Positions 28,966-37,977 of a DNA stretch of 64,000 nt are shown one piece after another (within the stretch, counting starts at the first letter, position 1; each line of letters begins with the position of its first letter). The stretch is from NCBI GenBank assembly GCA_964385105.1, contig CAYLMU010000002.1:250583-314582 (forward strand). Direction: 5' to 3'. The translations under genes were made by a program, and so were the position numbers. The DNA comes from an uncultured Candidatus Saccharibacteria bacterium (lineage in GTDB: Bacteria > Patescibacteriota > WWE3 > UBA101185 > UBA10185). The notes under the pieces are model-generated. The model saw only the letters and a list, made by a program, of their open reading frames with translations. It was not told the origin of the DNA and did no database searches.

Positions 28966-29687
28966 ATGATGAGTATATTAATAGCTTTGGTATTATTTGT
29001 GCTCAGTATCATTGTACATGAACTTGGACATTATTTTGCGGCATTGCGTCAAAAGGTAGATGTACAAACGTTTTCCTTGGGTGTCGATCCTAGGTTGATT
29101 AAATTATTTACGAAAAAGGGTACTGATTTTGTAATAAGACTTATTCCTTTAGGTGCTAGTGTGGAAACCGTTGAACCGATTGCAAATGTTGACCGACGAA
29201 AGAGATGGAAAATAATAATAGCCGGACCTTTAGCAAATGCAGTATTTGGCGGATTGTTTTTATTTTTATATGTAGTACCGGTTGATTTTAATTTTAGCGA
29301 CATTCCGGCTTTATTTGTATTCTTTTTCGTTTGTCAGATGGTGAGTATAGTTGCAATGTTTGTTTTTATTCCGTTGAATCTGGCAGCACTTATAGGGGTG
29401 TTTGGATTTGCCGATTTTTCAGGATCCGTTGGAATAACAAACACAATTGCCTCATCAAACAATGAATGGATGGGCATATTTTGGTTCGTTAACATAGCAT
29501 TAGCATCATTCAATTTGTTGCCGATAGTACCACTTGATGGAGGTTTATTACTGCAAGCACTAAGTGAAAGGTATAAGACAACAAGACTTACTGGTGTTAT
29601 AAATTGGTTAAAGCAATACTTATCATTTTACTGCTACATGCAGTGTTGCGTTCGTGTTATAACGACATTGTGAATCTCATTGGATAG
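28966..29687 (+). pseudogene. Site-2 protease (M50/RseP-like, no PDZ) with apparent frameshift near the 3' end
   Basis: HELGH, IPLG, AGPLAN, NLLPIVPLDGG; the family-type C-terminus (ILIILLL...YNDIVNL*) is in another frame, ending at TAG 29685-29687. Confidence 0.6.
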
Positions 29688-29695
29688 TGTCACTT

Positions 29696-29729
29696 AAACC
29701 GGGGAGAACTATTTCTCTTCGGTTTTTTT
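29696..29729 (+). terminator. Intrinsic terminator between the protease gene and convergent tRNA-Gly
   Basis: AAACCGGGGAGAA/TTCTCTTCGGTTT stem plus T-run. Confidence 0.75.
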
Positions 29730-29735
29730 ATTGTT

Positions 29736-29809
29736 TGGAGCGGGTGAAGGGAATCGAACCCTCGTATCTACGTTGGCAACGTAACGCTCTACCATTGAGC
29801 TACACCCGC
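29736..29809 (-). tRNA. tRNA-Gly(GCC)
   Basis: GCGGGTG/CACCCGC, TTACG-TT GCC AA-CGTAG, TTCGATT, CCA. Confidence 0.95.
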
Positions 29810-30474
29810 ATTTCCTCATACATAAGTCTAATCCACTCTTTTATCTTTACGTTCATTTCAGTACTTGAAAAATAAATATTACACATCCCATAGCGTACTT
29901 TTGTTTTTGCTGTGTAAGTACGACTCTTAAGTACTTGTGTCTTAATAAACTGTTCTTTTGGTATTTTAACTTTTTTAGACCAATAATCAAGTGCTACTTC
30001 TTCACTTATATCAGGATAGATAAATAGAGCGCATCTTATTTTGTTAGATGATATCTTTAATACATTTTTATAGAATAAAGAAGTCAATTCCAAGAGACCT
30101 GGATCAGAATTAACAAGTTGAACAGTGCCTTTTCCACTTTTTCTACCCTCTCCCCAATAGAGTGCTAGTCCTATAAAAAAAAGAGGATGCCTTTTTAAAA
30201 TATCATATTCCTTTCTGGCTTCTTTTATATAAATCAAATGTCTTTTTTTTGATACTTCTCTGTTTGTATGAGCCACATGTATTATATGTTTGTAATTTAT
30301 TTTATTGGACGATTGACTTAATTTAAGCTTTAAATCGTTAGAAATACTATCACCAGCAAACCAGTATGAAAGAGTGGATTTAGAAACGCCCAGTTCTTTT
30401 TGAATTTGATTAAAACTCATACCTTTATACCTTAACACCTGGGCACTTTTATACAAGTCAATATCATGCGGCAT
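29800..30474 (-). CDS. HTH + LAGLIDADG-like domain protein
   Basis: LRYKGMSFNQIQKELGVSKSTLSYW HTH; GLALYWGEGRK, LVNSDP, YWS...IP..QF, YG.C; stop TAG is tRNA-Gly nt 8-10. Confidence 0.7.
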   Translation of the reverse strand: MPHDIDLYKSAQVLRYKGMSFNQIQKELGVSKSTLSYWFAGDSISNDLKLKLSQSSNKINYKHIIHVAHTNREVSKKRHLIYIKEARKEYDILKRHPLFFIGLALYWGEGRKSGKGTVQLVNSDPGLLELTSLFYKNVLKISSNKIRCALFIYPDISEEVALDYWSKKVKIPKEQFIKTQVLKSRTYTAKTKVRYGMCNIYFSSTEMNVKIKEWIRLMYEEMRV

Positions 30475-30517
30475 GTGTTAATTATAATATAAATTGCAGT
30501 ATTTTTATATATTAAAT

Positions 30518-32245
30518 TCACCAGCTTCTACCGCCGCCTCCGCCACCTCCACCTCCTGAAAACCCACCGGAAGATCCGCTGGAGAACCCTGAGGAACTTC
30601 TTGTGGTAGTTCTCACAGCACTTGATGCAGCAGAATTTAACCCGTTAGTAACCCTTCCAACTGCAAAAGTATTATTTGCACTTGTATACCAGTCAGGGTT
30701 TACTATATTTAACCCTTCAAATCTCTTATACCACACATCTTCTACCCCAAAAGCTGTTGCATATGGTAATAACTTTTCAAAAAACATTTGTTTATCAGCT
30801 TGAAAATCAAGTTTCTCGTCTTGGGAAATTAGAAAATTTTTGAGTGACATTGCTTCTGAATATTTCTCAATTCCCAAAGGCGTGAATCCTTTATATCTTT
30901 TTGCAATTAAAGCCAAGGCAATTGCCAATAAAAAGTTAAATGTTGATAATCCTAATATTGCCAGAAATATGATTAAGTTTTTATTTCTCAATAAGGATTT
31001 GTTGTATAAACCTTTATTTTCGAGTTTAGCAGGAAGTGATTTTTTAATTGAAGTTATTGTATTTCCAAAACTTGTTGAATTTTGCAACTCAGTCATGTCT
31101 ATTATATTCTTTTCTTCTTCTGATTGACCTAAAATCATTTTCTTCAAACTACCTTGATTTATTTTTCCTGACTTTTGCATGCTGTTTATTAATAGTTTAT
31201 GGTCTTTGCTCAAACCTGAAGTGTCTTTATCACTTACTGTAAATGAAACTTTATTTTTTTCGTCTACATTTATTTTTATGTACCCTTCCCGCGCGAGAGA
31301 TACAATTTGTGCTGTAATGTGTTCATTTTTAGCGGTATTATCCACTAGGTATGCTGTTTCCTCCGGAGTAAATGGAGTTAAATCGTTATTTTTTGGAGGA
31401 TCAAACCAGGCAGTTAATATTTTTGCATTTTTATTAACATAGTTTCGATCACGTAAATAAATTATAAATAAGACAATTGGCAATACCAGAAAATATAAAA
31501 ATCCTAAAATCAAAAGACCTATTATCAAAACCGGGTGTATAGGATAATATTTCTCAGGCTCAAGTTCAGCTACAACACCAGGTGGAAAACTAACAGACAC
31601 TGTTAATCCTTCAAAAGGCATAAGATTTTCAGAAAAAATAAATAATGAGTTTTCAATGTCTGAGCTTTCGGTTAATACTGTACAGTTACTTTCAGAACTT
31701 GAATATGCCCCGGAATAACACACTGCACTTGCATAAACAACATTTATTTCCTTAGGAAACTGAATAAATGTTCGAGCCTGTTCTATGGGTACATTCCAGT
31801 CATTACCGGTTACATTCCAATAAAGTTCGTCATGGTCGGAAAAATAAGTTAAAGCACCACTAACTTTATATTCAATTGCATATAACATTGAACCTGTAAC
31901 TGTTATATTCGGGTCGCCTATTTTTATATTTAATTCACCATTAGACTCATCAACAGAGTATTTAACTTCCTCACCTGCTTCGTTCAAGACTCGTAACACA
32001 TCTAAATCCATTTTAAGTTTTTCACCATCCGTGTTTGTTTTGATTAAGGGGATTGTTCTAATAATTCCATGTCGCTGCTGCGTACCAAAGTCATACTTAA
32101 TTAGTTCTTGTACATTGATTGTTCCATCTAAATTGATAGTAATATTAGACTGAAAAAACTCAATTTTTTCTGAAGATTGTGCAAAAGCTCCATTACAAAA
32201 AAATAAGGATAAAAATGTAATCAGTAAATAAATCAGCTTTCTCAC
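30518..32245 (-). CDS. DUF2207 family membrane protein
   Basis: HGIIRTIP, ELYWNVTGNDW, LLPYATAFG, Gly/Ser tail ending GGGGGRSW. Confidence 0.9.
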   Translation of the reverse strand: MRKLIYLLITFLSLFFCNGAFAQSSEKIEFFQSNITINLDGTINVQELIKYDFGTQQRHGIIRTIPLIKTNTDGEKLKMDLDVLRVLNEAGEEVKYSVDESNGELNIKIGDPNITVTGSMLYAIEYKVSGALTYFSDHDELYWNVTGNDWNVPIEQARTFIQFPKEINVVYASAVCYSGAYSSSESNCTVLTESSDIENSLFIFSENLMPFEGLTVSVSFPPGVVAELEPEKYYPIHPVLIIGLLILGFLYFLVLPIVLFIIYLRDRNYVNKNAKILTAWFDPPKNNDLTPFTPEETAYLVDNTAKNEHITAQIVSLAREGYIKINVDEKNKVSFTVSDKDTSGLSKDHKLLINSMQKSGKINQGSLKKMILGQSEEEKNIIDMTELQNSTSFGNTITSIKKSLPAKLENKGLYNKSLLRNKNLIIFLAILGLSTFNFLLAIALALIAKRYKGFTPLGIEKYSEAMSLKNFLISQDEKLDFQADKQMFFEKLLPYATAFGVEDVWYKRFEGLNIVNPDWYTSANNTFAVGRVTNGLNSAASSAVRTTTRSSSGFSSGSSGGFSGGGGGGGGGRSW

Positions 32246-32305
32246 GTCTTAATAATACACTTTTTGGCTTTATTAGTGGATAAGGTAAATATACTTCAAA
32301 ATAAT

Positions 32306-32416
32306 TTATTGTGGAGAGGCATCATCTCTATTTGGCCAACCCCATCCGTAAATTTTTGCTTTAAACCAGTAGTGTTCAGGATTGTCTTTAATGTAGTTAA
32401 GGTATTTTTTAATCAT
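32306..32416 (-). pseudogene. Truncated small membrane-protein gene remnant
   Basis: MIKKYLNYIKDNPEHYWFKAKIYGWGW then unrelated residues and a stop; the WFKxKxYGWGW family, as I recall it, continues into TM helices. Confidence 0.45.
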
Positions 32417-32452
32417 AAGAACCCTTGAAATCGTAAGTGTCTGTCTTCATAA

Positions 32453-32538
32453 TGGTGGGCAAGACAGGAGTCGAACCTGCACAGGGAAACCCCCACAACG
32501 ACCTCAACGTTGCGCGTATACCATTCCGCCACTTGCCC
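32453..32538 (-). tRNA. tRNA-Leu(GAG)
   Basis: GGGCAAG/CTTGCCC, CAACG-TT GAG GT-CGTTG, long variable arm, CCA. Confidence 0.95.
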
Positions 32539-32560
32539 TTAGATTGCGGTACAACAAGCA

Positions 32561-33244
32561 TTATACACCAATATTTGAGTTAATAAACCACAATAACAAT
32601 AAAGACGTAGTATTTAAAAATATGTGCAAAAGAATATTTATGTATAAAGATCCGCTTTTATAAAATATGTAGCACAATACTAAACTCAACACAAAAATCG
32701 GTAAAAAAGCAGTTACAAAAAAATGCATAAACGCAAAAATTAGCGAACTAAAAACAGCTGCTATTTTGAATCCCCAAAATTTATTTAAAGATGAAAATAA
32801 AAACCCTCTAAAAAAGATTTCTTCTGTTACCGGAATGATTAAACTTCCTAAAACAACAAATAACCCCGGGTTAGAAAGCTGATCCATTATTTTCATAAAC
32901 TCATAACCTTGAACCGGTAAATCTGGTACAAAAAAGGTAACTAACATTCCATATACAACATTGAATATGTATGAAAGTAAAAACAAACCACATCCTATAT
33001 CCAGATGTCGCTCCGAAAATTTTTTGAACCCAAAGTCCTTTAAATTACCTTTTCTTAACTTTACAAAAATGAACAGCGCAATTAACACTACAACAAAATT
33101 AAACAAAACGGTCACAGCAAGACTGACTCCAACAGACTCTATGTTTAAAAAAGAAAATGCTAGAGACAGGCAAACCCACACCAAACAACACAATAGTGCA
33201 ATATATACATCAGATTTTATCCAAGGTGTATTTTGAATATTCAT
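32561..33244 (-). CDS. CPBP/Abi (CAAX-like) intramembrane metalloprotease
   Basis: PVTEEIFFRG, FAFMH, H...N; start reset to ATG 33244 because the ORF-track 5' extension is tRNA-Leu. Confidence 0.9.
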   Translation of the reverse strand: MNIQNTPWIKSDVYIALLCCLVWVCLSLAFSFLNIESVGVSLAVTVLFNFVVVLIALFIFVKLRKGNLKDFGFKKFSERHLDIGCGLFLLSYIFNVVYGMLVTFFVPDLPVQGYEFMKIMDQLSNPGLFVVLGSLIIPVTEEIFFRGFLFSSLNKFWGFKIAAVFSSLIFAFMHFFVTAFLPIFVLSLVLCYIFYKSGSLYINILLHIFLNTTSLLLLWFINSNIGV

Positions 33245-33262
33245 AACATCTGTTAAATTACT

Positions 33263-33349
33263 TGGTGCCAGAGGTGGGAGTCGAACCCACACTTCCTTGC
33301 GGAAACAGCCTCCTGAAGACTGCGAGTCTGCCAATTCCTCCACTCTGGC
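33263..33349 (-). tRNA. tRNA-Leu(CAG)
   Basis: GCCAGAG/CTCTGGC, CAGTC-TT CAG GA-GGCTG, long variable arm, CCA. Confidence 0.95.
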
Positions 33350-33375
33350 ATGTCACATTAGTCAATTGCTAAGTA

Positions 33376-34086
33376 CTAATTTAAACGACTTCCCGTAATT
33401 GTAAAGTTAATAATCACTTCATCTCCAGCCGTAAATACATTCGCCAAAGACGGAGGCGTGATTCCAAAGTCACTCATTAATACAGTTGTTTCACCTTTTG
33501 CATTAAACTCATTGTCTGTTAAAACACCCGTTACATTAAACACTACTTGTTTTTCTACCCCGTTAATTGTCAAACTGCCGGGAATTTGTAGATCAAAATT
33601 GTTGCCTGGAGTAATGCTAACGTTAGCCTTATCGACTATAAAAGTAGCTAGGGTGTCGGTAAACAATTGCAAAACATCTTCATCCCTTTTTTCACTATCC
33701 GTTTTCATCTTTGACAAATCAACAAAAGCTCCAACATAAAGCGTCTTTTCAAATGGTGAGTACCATCCTCCTCCGCTAACCGCTTCGGTTACACCTACTA
33801 CAGCTTCTTCGTGATTTAGCAACATTTTTTTTGCAGTATAACTGACGGTAGAACCCCCGGTAAAGACATACATCATTGCATCAACGGGTTTATCCATTTC
33901 ACGGATATTGTTTTGAAAATCATTTTGGGCTGTAACTGTAGGTGTACTAGACACGGTTTCGGTAAAATTGTTTTGTTTATCAGTGTTTACATTAATATTT
34001 GAAATGTTATTTGACTTAAAAATTGCACCTGAAACCAAAATAATAAGCGTAATTATTACTACAAAGGGCACTGCTTTTTTAACCAT
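33376..34086 (-). CDS. YceI family lipid-binding protein
   Basis: TM anchor; KTDSEKRD, GSLTINGV, SDFGITPP; ATG 6 nt after TATAAT. Confidence 0.85.
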   Translation of the reverse strand: MVKKAVPFVVIITLIILVSGAIFKSNNISNINVNTDKQNNFTETVSSTPTVTAQNDFQNNIREMDKPVDAMMYVFTGGSTVSYTAKKMLLNHEEAVVGVTEAVSGGGWYSPFEKTLYVGAFVDLSKMKTDSEKRDEDVLQLFTDTLATFIVDKANVSITPGNNFDLQIPGSLTINGVEKQVVFNVTGVLTDNEFNAKGETTVLMSDFGITPPSLANVFTAGDEVIINFTITGSRLN

Positions 34087-34110
34087 ATGTTTATTATATA
34101 GCAAAATATA

Positions 34111-34146
34111 GAGCGAATCAGCCGTGGGCATTTAGCCGATTCGCTC
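34111..34146. terminator. Hairpin after orphan gene 34153..34470
   Basis: GAGCGAATC/GATTCGCTC inverted repeat. Confidence 0.55.
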
Positions 34147-34152
34147 CATAAA

Positions 34153-34470
34153 CTATACAATGTCACCTTGCAGATCATCAAAAGAAATTACATCGATTGC
34201 ACCAAGTTTTACTTTTGCATCACTGCCGGTATCACCTGAAAAATACCCAAAAAAGTAAACCGTTGTTCCTACCGGGTATAATTTCTGGTCATTTTCAACA
34301 TAATAAAAGTGTACTTCAACAACTTCATCGCCTATACCTTCGGTAATTACCCGCAGTGTTTCAGAGCGTATACGATAAGCAGGCTCAACACTAACAACTT
34401 CTCCATACTTTGGTCCAATAGGAGTATTGTTTTTCTCGGCTTCTTCTAAATCACTCAATGCAACTTTCAC
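34153..34470 (-). CDS. Hypothetical protein (possible OB fold)
   Basis: GAGGTG SD, GTG start, beta-rich sequence. Confidence 0.65.
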   Translation of the reverse strand: MKVALSDLEEAEKNNTPIGPKYGEVVSVEPAYRIRSETLRVITEGIGDEVVEVHFYYVENDQKLYPVGTTVYFFGYFSGDTGSDAKVKLGAIDVISFDDLQGDIV

Positions 34471-34556
34471 CTGTCACCTCTTTTTTGGTTTTTGGGTTTT
34501 AGGAAATGTTCGGGCAATTTTAATTATACAACTATTTATAAAAATCTCACGTTCAT

Positions 34557-34631
34557 TGGTGGGGGCGCTGGGATTCGAACCCAGGGCCTACCGGTTAAGA
34601 GCCGGTTGCTCTACCGCTGAGCTACACCCCC
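34557..34631 (-). tRNA. tRNA-Lys(CTT)
   Basis: GGGGGTG/CGCCCCC, ACCGG-CT CTT AA-CCGGT, TTCGAAT, CCA. Confidence 0.95.
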
Positions 34632-34649
34632 ATAACCGTGTCATTATAC

Positions 34650-34695
34650 AAAAAAAGGTACCCCTACTGCAAAGACGCATATACTAGGGGTACCT
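34650..34695 (-). terminator. Intrinsic terminator abutting the -10 box of tRNA-Lys
   Basis: AGGTACCCCTA/TAGGGGTACCT 11-bp stem, U-run, then TATAAT. Confidence 0.7.
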
Positions 34696-34700
34696 ACTTT

Positions 34701-35096
34701 CTATGAATAGCTCTTAAGATCAATAATAGTTACCTGTGCATTGAGAACCCTTAACACTTGTTCCAAAATTTTATTGTGACAGCCCTGAGTTAGTGCTTCT
34801 AAGCTTTGACACCCAAAACGAATGCATCTTGTATCTGGATGTGCAATTTGTTTTTTTTGTCTGTCGCTAAGTTGTGTACAACCATCTAGTATGACAACTC
34901 CGGCTGATACAGGGTGTCTAAATAATATTTGGCCGATTTCTTTTGGTTTTAATGCCGATAACAAATATGCATAATCATCCTTACCACGTTTTAAAAACCA
35001 ATAAGCTCGCAACCCACATCTGTAAACTGGCCCCTCGACTTGTACACCTCTTATGTTTAACATTTTTCTCCCTTTTATACCTAAAATAAAATCCAT
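34701..35096 (-). CDS. Hypothetical protein
   Basis: Coupled to the upstream ORF by a TAATG overlap; followed by a terminator. Confidence 0.6.
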   Translation of the reverse strand: MDFILGIKGRKMLNIRGVQVEGPVYRCGLRAYWFLKRGKDDYAYLLSALKPKEIGQILFRHPVSAGVVILDGCTQLSDRQKKQIAHPDTRCIRFGCQSLEALTQGCHNKILEQVLRVLNAQVTIIDLKSYS

Positions 35097-35356
35097 TATG
35101 CCACTATCTGATTACGATAATATCTACCGAAAAGTTCATACCCAATAAATCTTGATCGAACTGACTTTCCTTCGATACTATCTACTTGAAAATAGAGTGT
35201 GATAGGGTCTCCGCTACATACTGCAGTAAGAACCGGCACTTCTATGGATAAGCCACACCTGAGATCCAGTCTTTTTTTGTCATCAACTCTGTCGACTCTT
35301 CTTACCCAAGTATCAACAACACACCTTTTGCCACCTTCAATAAATCCCGTACTCAT
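35096..35356 (-). CDS. Hypothetical protein
   Basis: AAGGGGGAG SD before ATG. Confidence 0.6.
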   Translation of the reverse strand: MSTGFIEGGKRCVVDTWVRRVDRVDDKKRLDLRCGLSIEVPVLTAVCSGDPITLYFQVDSIEGKSVRSRFIGYELFGRYYRNQIVA

Positions 35357-35435
35357 TTCTCCCCCTTAATTTATGTTTAAAACGTTTATTTTAGTTTAAA
35401 TATAATAGAAACAATGTCAATAATGTATAAGTTAA

Positions 35436-35511
35436 TGGCGCCTCCGGAGAGATTTGAACTCCCAGCCTTCCGGTTCGAAGCCGGACGCTCTATCCATTGA
35501 GCTACGGAGGC
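35436..35511 (-). tRNA. tRNA-Arg(TCG)
   Basis: GCCTCCG/CGGAGGC, TCCGG-CT TCG AA-CCGGA, TTCAAAT, CCA. Confidence 0.95.
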
Positions 35512-35560
35512 AAGTTTTGCCTAAGGCAACACACATTATACACCAAAAAATGCTATCATA

Positions 35561-36121
35561 ATGAGTACAATGAACTTGCCTAACTTTAAAAAAATTCGAA
35601 TCATCCTGGCAATCATCACAATATTTTTATCGGCTACCGGTTTTTTGTACGCAAGGTCTGTACTTAGTGAGGATATTATTGAGGTTGAAGACAAAGAAGC
35701 CCCAAAAGATGCCGACGACATTAAACCGGTTAGAGTTACTTTAATTGTAAAAACACTTCAGAACGAACAATCTTACCAGCGCAGGATGCAAAATAACAAC
35801 ACTGTCTCTGATTTATTAAGAGAAATTCGTGAAACAGAAGATTTTACTTTTGAGCGCATAGCTTATACTTATGGCACTGAGCTTGATTATATTAATGGAG
35901 TTAAAACACCTGACGGTTATAGCTGGAGAATGTATATGACTGCCGATATAGAAAAAATCAATGAAACTTTCGAAGACCTTAACTTATCACCAGAAGAAAC
36001 AGATGTTTTAAGTTTAGCTCAACAAAGTAGAGTAGATATTACATACAAAATAGATAACACTCCGCTAGTTGGTGGTGCAGTTTATGAGCTTATACTTGAA
36101 CCTTCTTCACAAAATAATTAG
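35561..36121 (+). CDS. Membrane-anchored DUF4430-like protein
   Basis: TM anchor; NTVSDLL...YGT.LDYING...YSWRMY. Confidence 0.6.
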   Translation: MSTMNLPNFKKIRIILAIITIFLSATGFLYARSVLSEDIIEVEDKEAPKDADDIKPVRVTLIVKTLQNEQSYQRRMQNNNTVSDLLREIRETEDFTFERIAYTYGTELDYINGVKTPDGYSWRMYMTADIEKINETFEDLNLSPEETDVLSLAQQSRVDITYKIDNTPLVGGAVYELILEPSSQNN

Positions 36122-36128
36122 TACTCAC

Positions 36129-37310
36129 TTATTCATATCTTAACGCTTCAATCGGATCAAGTTTACTTGCTTTAACTGCCGGGTATGTGCCAAAAGCTAC
36201 CCCCACAACAACAGAAAATCCAAATGCAACAATAACACCCCAAAGAGGTATTTCTGCACGTACATAACTTTGTAAAGCTTGTGTGGTAAGCCATCCAAAA
36301 ATGAGCCCAATCATTCCGCCAAATACACTTATTAAAACGGATTCAAACATAAATTGTAAAGCAATATTTTTTGACGTTGCACCAACAGCTTTCCTTAGCC
36401 CAATTTCTTTTATTCGCTCGGTAACCGAAACAAGCATTATATTCATAATTCCGATTCCGCCAACTAAAAGTGAAATTCCGGCAATTGCACCAAGACCCGC
36501 AGTTAAAGCCCCTAAAATCTGTTGAATTGAACTCAAAAGGTCTTCCTGAGACAGTACACTAAAATCATCGTCGTCCAAATCTCGCATTAAACTTGCTTCA
36601 ATTTGCTTCATTGTAATGTCTATATTGTTCACGTCTCTTGCTTTTATAATAATGCTAGAAAATTTATCAAGTTGTGAGGTTTCTGCAAGTGCAGTATAAG
36701 GAACCAATACTGATTCATCAAAATCACGTCCTTTTTTTTCTTGTACTCCAATAACGGTATATGAATCATCACCAATCTTTATTTTTTTACCAATTGCGGT
36801 TTGATTTGCAAATAGTTCACTTCTTATACTCTCACCTATTATTGCCACCTTATTTTTTGACCTAACGTCAACTCTAGTAAAATACTTCCCTTCGCTTAAA
36901 CCAACGTTAAAAATTTTATCAATTGATTCATTTACTCCCATTACCGAACCTGCAAAGCTTTTATTTCTGTAAAAAATTGTTTCACCTGCCGTGTATTGCG
37001 GCGTAACGTATTCAACATACTCTTTTGAAAATGTATTTATTAAGTCAATATGCTCTTCATCAAGCTTGTTTTTTGAAAACGATTCTGCCGGGTCACGGCT
37101 AAAGTCTGCACGACCTGGTACGACAAAAATTAAATTTGACCCTATTGCGTTAAACTGGTCTGTTATATAGTTTCTTATTCCCTGACCAATTGATACAAGC
37201 GATGTAACGGCAAAAACACCAATTATTACACCAAGCATTGTTAAAAATGTTCTGGCTTTATTTGCCCCCAACTGTCTTAAAGATGTTTTAAAAGTTTCAT
37301 TTATGTTCAT
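36129..37310 (-). CDS. MacB/FtsX-family ABC permease
   Basis: RTFLTMLGVIIGV, GGIGIMNIMLVSVTERIKEIGLRKAVGA, LDPIEALRYE. Confidence 0.95.
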   Translation of the reverse strand: MNINETFKTSLRQLGANKARTFLTMLGVIIGVFAVTSLVSIGQGIRNYITDQFNAIGSNLIFVVPGRADFSRDPAESFSKNKLDEEHIDLINTFSKEYVEYVTPQYTAGETIFYRNKSFAGSVMGVNESIDKIFNVGLSEGKYFTRVDVRSKNKVAIIGESIRSELFANQTAIGKKIKIGDDSYTVIGVQEKKGRDFDESVLVPYTALAETSQLDKFSSIIIKARDVNNIDITMKQIEASLMRDLDDDDFSVLSQEDLLSSIQQILGALTAGLGAIAGISLLVGGIGIMNIMLVSVTERIKEIGLRKAVGATSKNIALQFMFESVLISVFGGMIGLIFGWLTTQALQSYVRAEIPLWGVIVAFGFSVVVGVAFGTYPAVKASKLDPIEALRYE

Positions 37311-37975
37311 ACAAGTTTTCCATCACGAATTTCAAATTTTTTTTCGGTAATATTTGCCAAATCATCATCATGGGTAACAATGACTATTGTTTTTCCCTCT
37401 TTATTAAGTCTTTTAAATAAATCAATTATTTCATTTCCAGTTTTGGTGTCTAAGTTTCCGGTTGGCTCATCGGCAAGAATTATTGAAGGTTCATTTACTA
37501 AGGCACGTGCAATTGCGACTCTTTGCTTTTGTCCTCCTGAAAGCTCGTTTGATTTATTATTTATTCTTTCACTAAGCTCAACTGTATCCAGCATTTTTTT
37601 TGCTTTGTTTTTCCATTGTTCACGGGGTATTTTGCTGTATTGTAAAGGTAATAAAACGTTTTCCAAAGCAGTGGCTCTTGATAATAAATTAAACGATTGA
37701 AAAACAAACCCTATTTCACTATTTCGTATTTTTGCTAATCTTTTATCGTTAAGCTTTTGTGTTTCTTCACCATTTAACACAATTTTTCCAGACGTCGGCG
37801 TATCCAGAAGCCCAATCATATGCATCAGTGTAGATTTGCCCGAACCTGATTTACCTACAATCGAAACAAATTCACCTTCATGAATAACAAGCGAAACATC
37901 ATTTACGGCGATGATCTGGCTTTGTCCTACTTTGTAGGTTTTTGTAACGTTTACAACCTCAAGAATCTTTTTCAT
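37307..37975 (-). CDS. ABC transporter ATP-binding protein (MacB/LolD type)
   Basis: GKSGSGKST, LSGGQKQR, ADEPTGNLD, VTHD. Confidence 0.97.
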   Translation of the reverse strand: MKKILEVVNVTKTYKVGQSQIIAVNDVSLVIHEGEFVSIVGKSGSGKSTLMHMIGLLDTPTSGKIVLNGEETQKLNDKRLAKIRNSEIGFVFQSFNLLSRATALENVLLPLQYSKIPREQWKNKAKKMLDTVELSERINNKSNELSGGQKQRVAIARALVNEPSIILADEPTGNLDTKTGNEIIDLFKRLNKEGKTIVIVTHDDDLANITEKKFEIRDGKLV

Positions 37976-37977
37976 AG

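Noticed and set aside
30520-30600. GC-rich CCT/CCA/CCG repeat tract
   Set aside because: Simply encodes the Gly/Ser tail typical of DUF2207 proteins
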